Assembly: GCA_030538415.1 (NCBI GenBank)
Contig: JAUNTY010000003.1
Span: 20,030-84,029 of the forward strand
DNA: 64,000 nucleotides
Source: Neisseria sp.
GTDB lineage: Bacteria; Pseudomonadota; Gammaproteobacteria; Burkholderiales; Neisseriaceae
Direction: 5' to 3'
How positions within the stretch are numbered: position 1 is the stretch's first letter; each line of letters opens with the position of its first letter. A model generated the notes under the pieces. The model saw only the letters and a list, made by a program, of their open reading frames with translations, did no database searches and was not told the origin of the DNA. This document shows, one piece after another, positions 61,437 through 64,000 of this stretch. Position numbers and translations under genes: made by a program.

Positions 61437-61466
61437 TTAACACTATAAAAGGCCGTCTGAAAAATA

Positions 61467-61674
61467 TATAGTCGTTCCGTTAGATTGATACAAGGCAGCA
61501 AGCCGCAGACAGTACAGATATAGTGAAAAAACTTAATATCTGCTACGGCGTTGCTGCACCTTGCCGTACTATCTGTATTGTCTGCGGTTTGCTGTCTTGT
61601 ATCAAATATTAAGTTTTTCCACTACAGTACGGCAAGGCGCAGCAACGCTGTATCAAACTAACGGAACGACTATA
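61467..61674. repeat. Nested MITEs: a variant-3 family A element with a variant-4 element inserted at its central TA
   Basis: The outer element runs TATAGTCGTTCCGTTAGATTGATACAAGGCAGCAAGCCGCAGACAGTACAGA, then the inner copy TATAGTGAAAAAACTTAATAT...TTTTTCCACTACA (61519..61626), then GTACGGCAAGGCGCAGCAACGCTGTATCAAACTAACGGAACGACTATA. Confidence 0.75.
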
Positions 61675-61705
61675 TTTCAGACGGCCTTTTGTATCGGAAA
61701 AACCC

Positions 61706-62452
61706 TTACGGCATCAGCATCCCGCCATTGACGTGCAGCGTTTGGCCGGTAATGTATTTGGCCTGCTCACTGGCAAGAAACAACACCGCATCGGCAATAT
61801 CCTGCGCCTCGCCAAAGCGGCCGAGCGAAGTTTGCGCTTCAAACAGTGCGCGTTGCTCTTCCGGCAGCGCACGGGTCATGTCGGTGTCGATAAAGCCCGG
61901 CGCCACACAGTTGACGGTAATACCGCGGCTGCCTACTTCGCGTGCCATCGATTTGGAAAAACCAATCAACCCGGCTTTGGCCGCCGCATAGTTGGCCTGA
62001 CCCGCGTTCCCCATCACGCCCACCACCGAAGTGATATTGATGATGCGCCCCGCACGCTGTTTCATCATGCCGCGCAATACGGCTTTGCTGGCACGAAACA
62101 CCGATTTCAGGTTGACCTGCATGATGTCGTCCCACTCTTCTTCTTTCATCCGCATCAGCAGATTGTCGCGGGTGATACCGGCATTGTTGACCAGAATATC
62201 CAGCTTGCCGTTTTCTTTTTCAATTTCAGCAATCAGCGCTTCGATGCTGCCCGCAGCGGCAGAATCCAACACACGGCCTTCGCCGCCCCATTGCGCCAAA
62301 CGCGCGCCGATGGCCGCCGCACCGCTTTCAGAAGTGGCCGTACCGATTACTTTCGCCCCCGCCGCCGCCAAGGTATCGGCAATCGCCGCGCCGATACCGC
62401 GCGAAGCACCGGTAACCAAGGCGATTTTACCGTTTAAATCTTGTGAACTCAT
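61706..62452 (-). CDS. fabG: 3-oxoacyl-[acyl-carrier-protein] reductase FabG
   Basis: 248 aa, near-collinear with E. coli FabG (NAGITRDNLLMRMKEEEWDDIMQVNL, YAAAKAGLIGFSKSMAREV, HVNGGMLMP). Confidence 0.88.
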   Translation of the reverse strand: MSSQDLNGKIALVTGASRGIGAAIADTLAAAGAKVIGTATSESGAAAIGARLAQWGGEGRVLDSAAAGSIEALIAEIEKENGKLDILVNNAGITRDNLLMRMKEEEWDDIMQVNLKSVFRASKAVLRGMMKQRAGRIINITSVVGVMGNAGQANYAAAKAGLIGFSKSMAREVGSRGITVNCVAPGFIDTDMTRALPEEQRALFEAQTSLGRFGEAQDIADAVLFLASEQAKYITGQTLHVNGGMLMP

Positions 62453-62525
62453 GAATCAAATTTTCCTTTTTGCTTTTGAAGATTTATTCAAACATTTTAT
62501 AGCATATAACTAATCTTTGATGCAC

Positions 62526-63542
62526 CTAATTTAAGGGAAGACCTATTGGCAAATAAGAGTCAATTTCCAAAATATATTTAATCCAATTGCCAAAGCTGTA
62601 TTTTTCTCGAATTGCAGGATCTATTTCATAATATGGTTTTGTTAAAAAATCATCCAATTGTGAAAAGCTTTCACCATCCCAAACCAAAAAATTATTAGGA
62701 TGATAAAAATCATAAGACAAAACTTCCGGATTGGTTGTAATCAGTTTTTTTCGATAACCAATTGCTTCAAACGTCCGAAATGACAAGCCACGGTGTTCAT
62801 CAATCACGAAATCTATCAATACTCGGCTTTCTCTGGCTCGCTTTAAATTTTCCTCGAAGCTCAAAAAAGAATCGCTCAAATTGATATTCTTATGGTATGA
62901 AGTCCGCCTACTCACTCCCCTCCCGCAAACGTTCATATCCAATTTTGCATTTCTTTGATGCGCGTATTCTGAAAATCTGTTTACCAAGTTAATGCGGCAA
63001 TCCATGTGTGCGCCAGTGAAATAAAAATCGCTTTTTATTTCAAAATGCTTATCTAAGTCATAATCAAAATAAAAATTTGTTGCCGGAAAAAATTGATGGT
63101 TTTTATATTTCAAATCATCTGCAGTAAACACATAAAACTTATTGAAAACTTCTATTAATGGGTAAATATCAGGAAATCTATGTAAGCCGTCAAATTGATA
63201 GTTAATAACACCATGTCGGCTTTTTTCCGATACAAACTGCAAGAACTCCTTACTATAAATATCACTATTGATAAATAAGGCATAATCTAAATCATCGACC
63301 CCTTCTAGCTTTTTAGAAATTTCTTGCTGCAATTGCTTCCATTGCAAATTCTTTTTATAACCATAATCTTTATATACTAGTTTTCTCCATTTGATACGTA
63401 TCCGGTCAATTGCAGACGGCTTCCACGCAGAACCAATTTCCGTGATTCCAATGACGCTAAATCCATAATATTGTAGGTTTTTTTCAATTAATCGATAAAT
63501 ACCTGCGAAAGGTGGCATACCAAATAAAATTGTTTTCCCCAT
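62526..63542 (-). CDS. Hypothetical protein (338 aa) in a low-GC island, possibly involved in surface glycan (LOS/capsule) biosynthesis
   Basis: GC is markedly lower than the surrounding genes, with AT-rich codon usage. It lies between a GT25 LOS-type glycosyltransferase and fabG. No family could be assigned with confidence. Confidence 0.45.
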   Translation of the reverse strand: MGKTILFGMPPFAGIYRLIEKNLQYYGFSVIGITEIGSAWKPSAIDRIRIKWRKLVYKDYGYKKNLQWKQLQQEISKKLEGVDDLDYALFINSDIYSKEFLQFVSEKSRHGVINYQFDGLHRFPDIYPLIEVFNKFYVFTADDLKYKNHQFFPATNFYFDYDLDKHFEIKSDFYFTGAHMDCRINLVNRFSEYAHQRNAKLDMNVCGRGVSRRTSYHKNINLSDSFLSFEENLKRARESRVLIDFVIDEHRGLSFRTFEAIGYRKKLITTNPEVLSYDFYHPNNFLVWDGESFSQLDDFLTKPYYEIDPAIREKYSFGNWIKYILEIDSYLPIGLPLN

Positions 63543-63554
63543 TTATTTCTTCCC

Positions 63555-64000
63555 TTAAACAAAAGATACAATTTCCCGCTTACTTTTCATTCTCATTCTT
63601 ACCGGCTTGCTAATAATATGTCGAACCTGCTGGATAACCGTACGTCTTCTTTTTTTCTTCGGCAAATTGTGAAAATGGATTGAGCGTTGCTGCTCAAGCT
63701 GGCTGCTCAGACCATTCTGACCGTTCAAAACGCTATCCTGAATAGAAAGGGCGGGAACCAATTGATATAAGTTGCACCCATCCAGCCCATTCAATTGGTC
63801 GTAAATTAATACATCAATCGGATTGAGCTCATACCCAACCAAACTATTTATTTTACTCATCAATAAGCTTATCATCTCGTATGAAATGATATAGGCGCCA
63901 CAACCATTATTGCTGCTGCTCAAGCGCATAATCTGCCGCCCTTGATGTGGCAACACCATCTTTGTAGCGATAAGATTCAGTGGCCGTAATACAGTTTCCA
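63555..64000 (-). CDS. Glycosyltransferase family 25 (LgtB/LgtE/Lic2A-like LOS glycosyltransferase), C-terminal part; the gene continues beyond the window
   Basis: The C-terminus CGAYIISYEMI...LYQLVPALSIQD...GLSSQLEQQRSIHFHNLPKKKRRR parallels the LgtB C-terminus (CGTAGYIISREA...YQVSPALCTQE...RRHRRS). Low GC. Confidence 0.65.
   Translation of the reverse strand, partial: ETVLRPLNLIATKMVLPHQGRQIMRLSSSNNGCGAYIISYEMISLLMSKINSLVGYELNPIDVLIYDQLNGLDGCNLYQLVPALSIQDSVLNGQNGLSSQLEQQRSIHFHNLPKKKRRRTVIQQVRHIISKPVRMRMKSKREIVSFV

Noticed and set aside
62741-62747. A7 tract in the 338-aa low-GC gene as a phase-variation switch.
   Set aside because: Seven A or T residues is below the length usually associated with slipped-strand phase variation of A/T tracts, and AT-rich genes contain such runs by chance. 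It is noted in the finding only as something to re-check.

Overview
This 64 kb window is a core chromosomal segment from a commensal-type Neisseria. The species call rests on abundant GCCGTCTGAA DNA uptake sequences, mostly in the AGGCCGTCTGAA (AG-DUS) form and often as inverted pairs that serve as terminators. Coding GC is high, at roughly 58-60% by eye. Most of the window is conserved housekeeping genes: hisA/hisH, a polar amino acid ABC transporter, tyrS, ychF, ubiB, metF, glcB, rluB, scpB, rbgA, the rapZ-hprK-ptsN module, ubiCA, sixA, greB, dapA-bamC, rdgB, hemW, ridA, apaH, dapC, xseA, lpxK-ycaR-kdsB, adk, tRNA-Val and tRNA-Asp, a KefB-like antiporter and fabG. Three accessory pieces stand out. 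The first is a LysR-associated cluster of about 10 kb (18.5-28.5 kb) of redox and detoxification enzymes, one of which (DUF1330) is split by a 108-bp repeat element. The second and third are two low-GC islets carrying glycosyltransferases: a GT2 enzyme near tyrS, and a GT25 LOS-type enzyme plus an unknown 338-aa protein at the right edge. The dominant non-coding feature is at least four families of miniature inverted-repeat elements. Family A is a Correia-like TATAG...CTATA element with about 25 copies, at least 5 different inverted-repeat variants, and full, short and ends-only forms. Family B is about 220 bp and built around a dRS3-like CACCCGCGCAGGCGGGTG palindrome. Family C is about 160 bp. 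Family D is about 140 bp with GGGAGAGGG ends. Several insertions sit inside other elements and one sits inside a gene, which shows that these elements insert at TA sites. No CRISPR array, prophage or recognisable defence system was found. The findings worth follow-up are the MITE nesting, a candidate sRNA formed by a consensus promoter facing a terminator, and two uncharacterised envelope proteins wedged into the normally adjacent rdgB-hemW pair. Coordinates read by hand from the sequence are approximate to about 2 nt.
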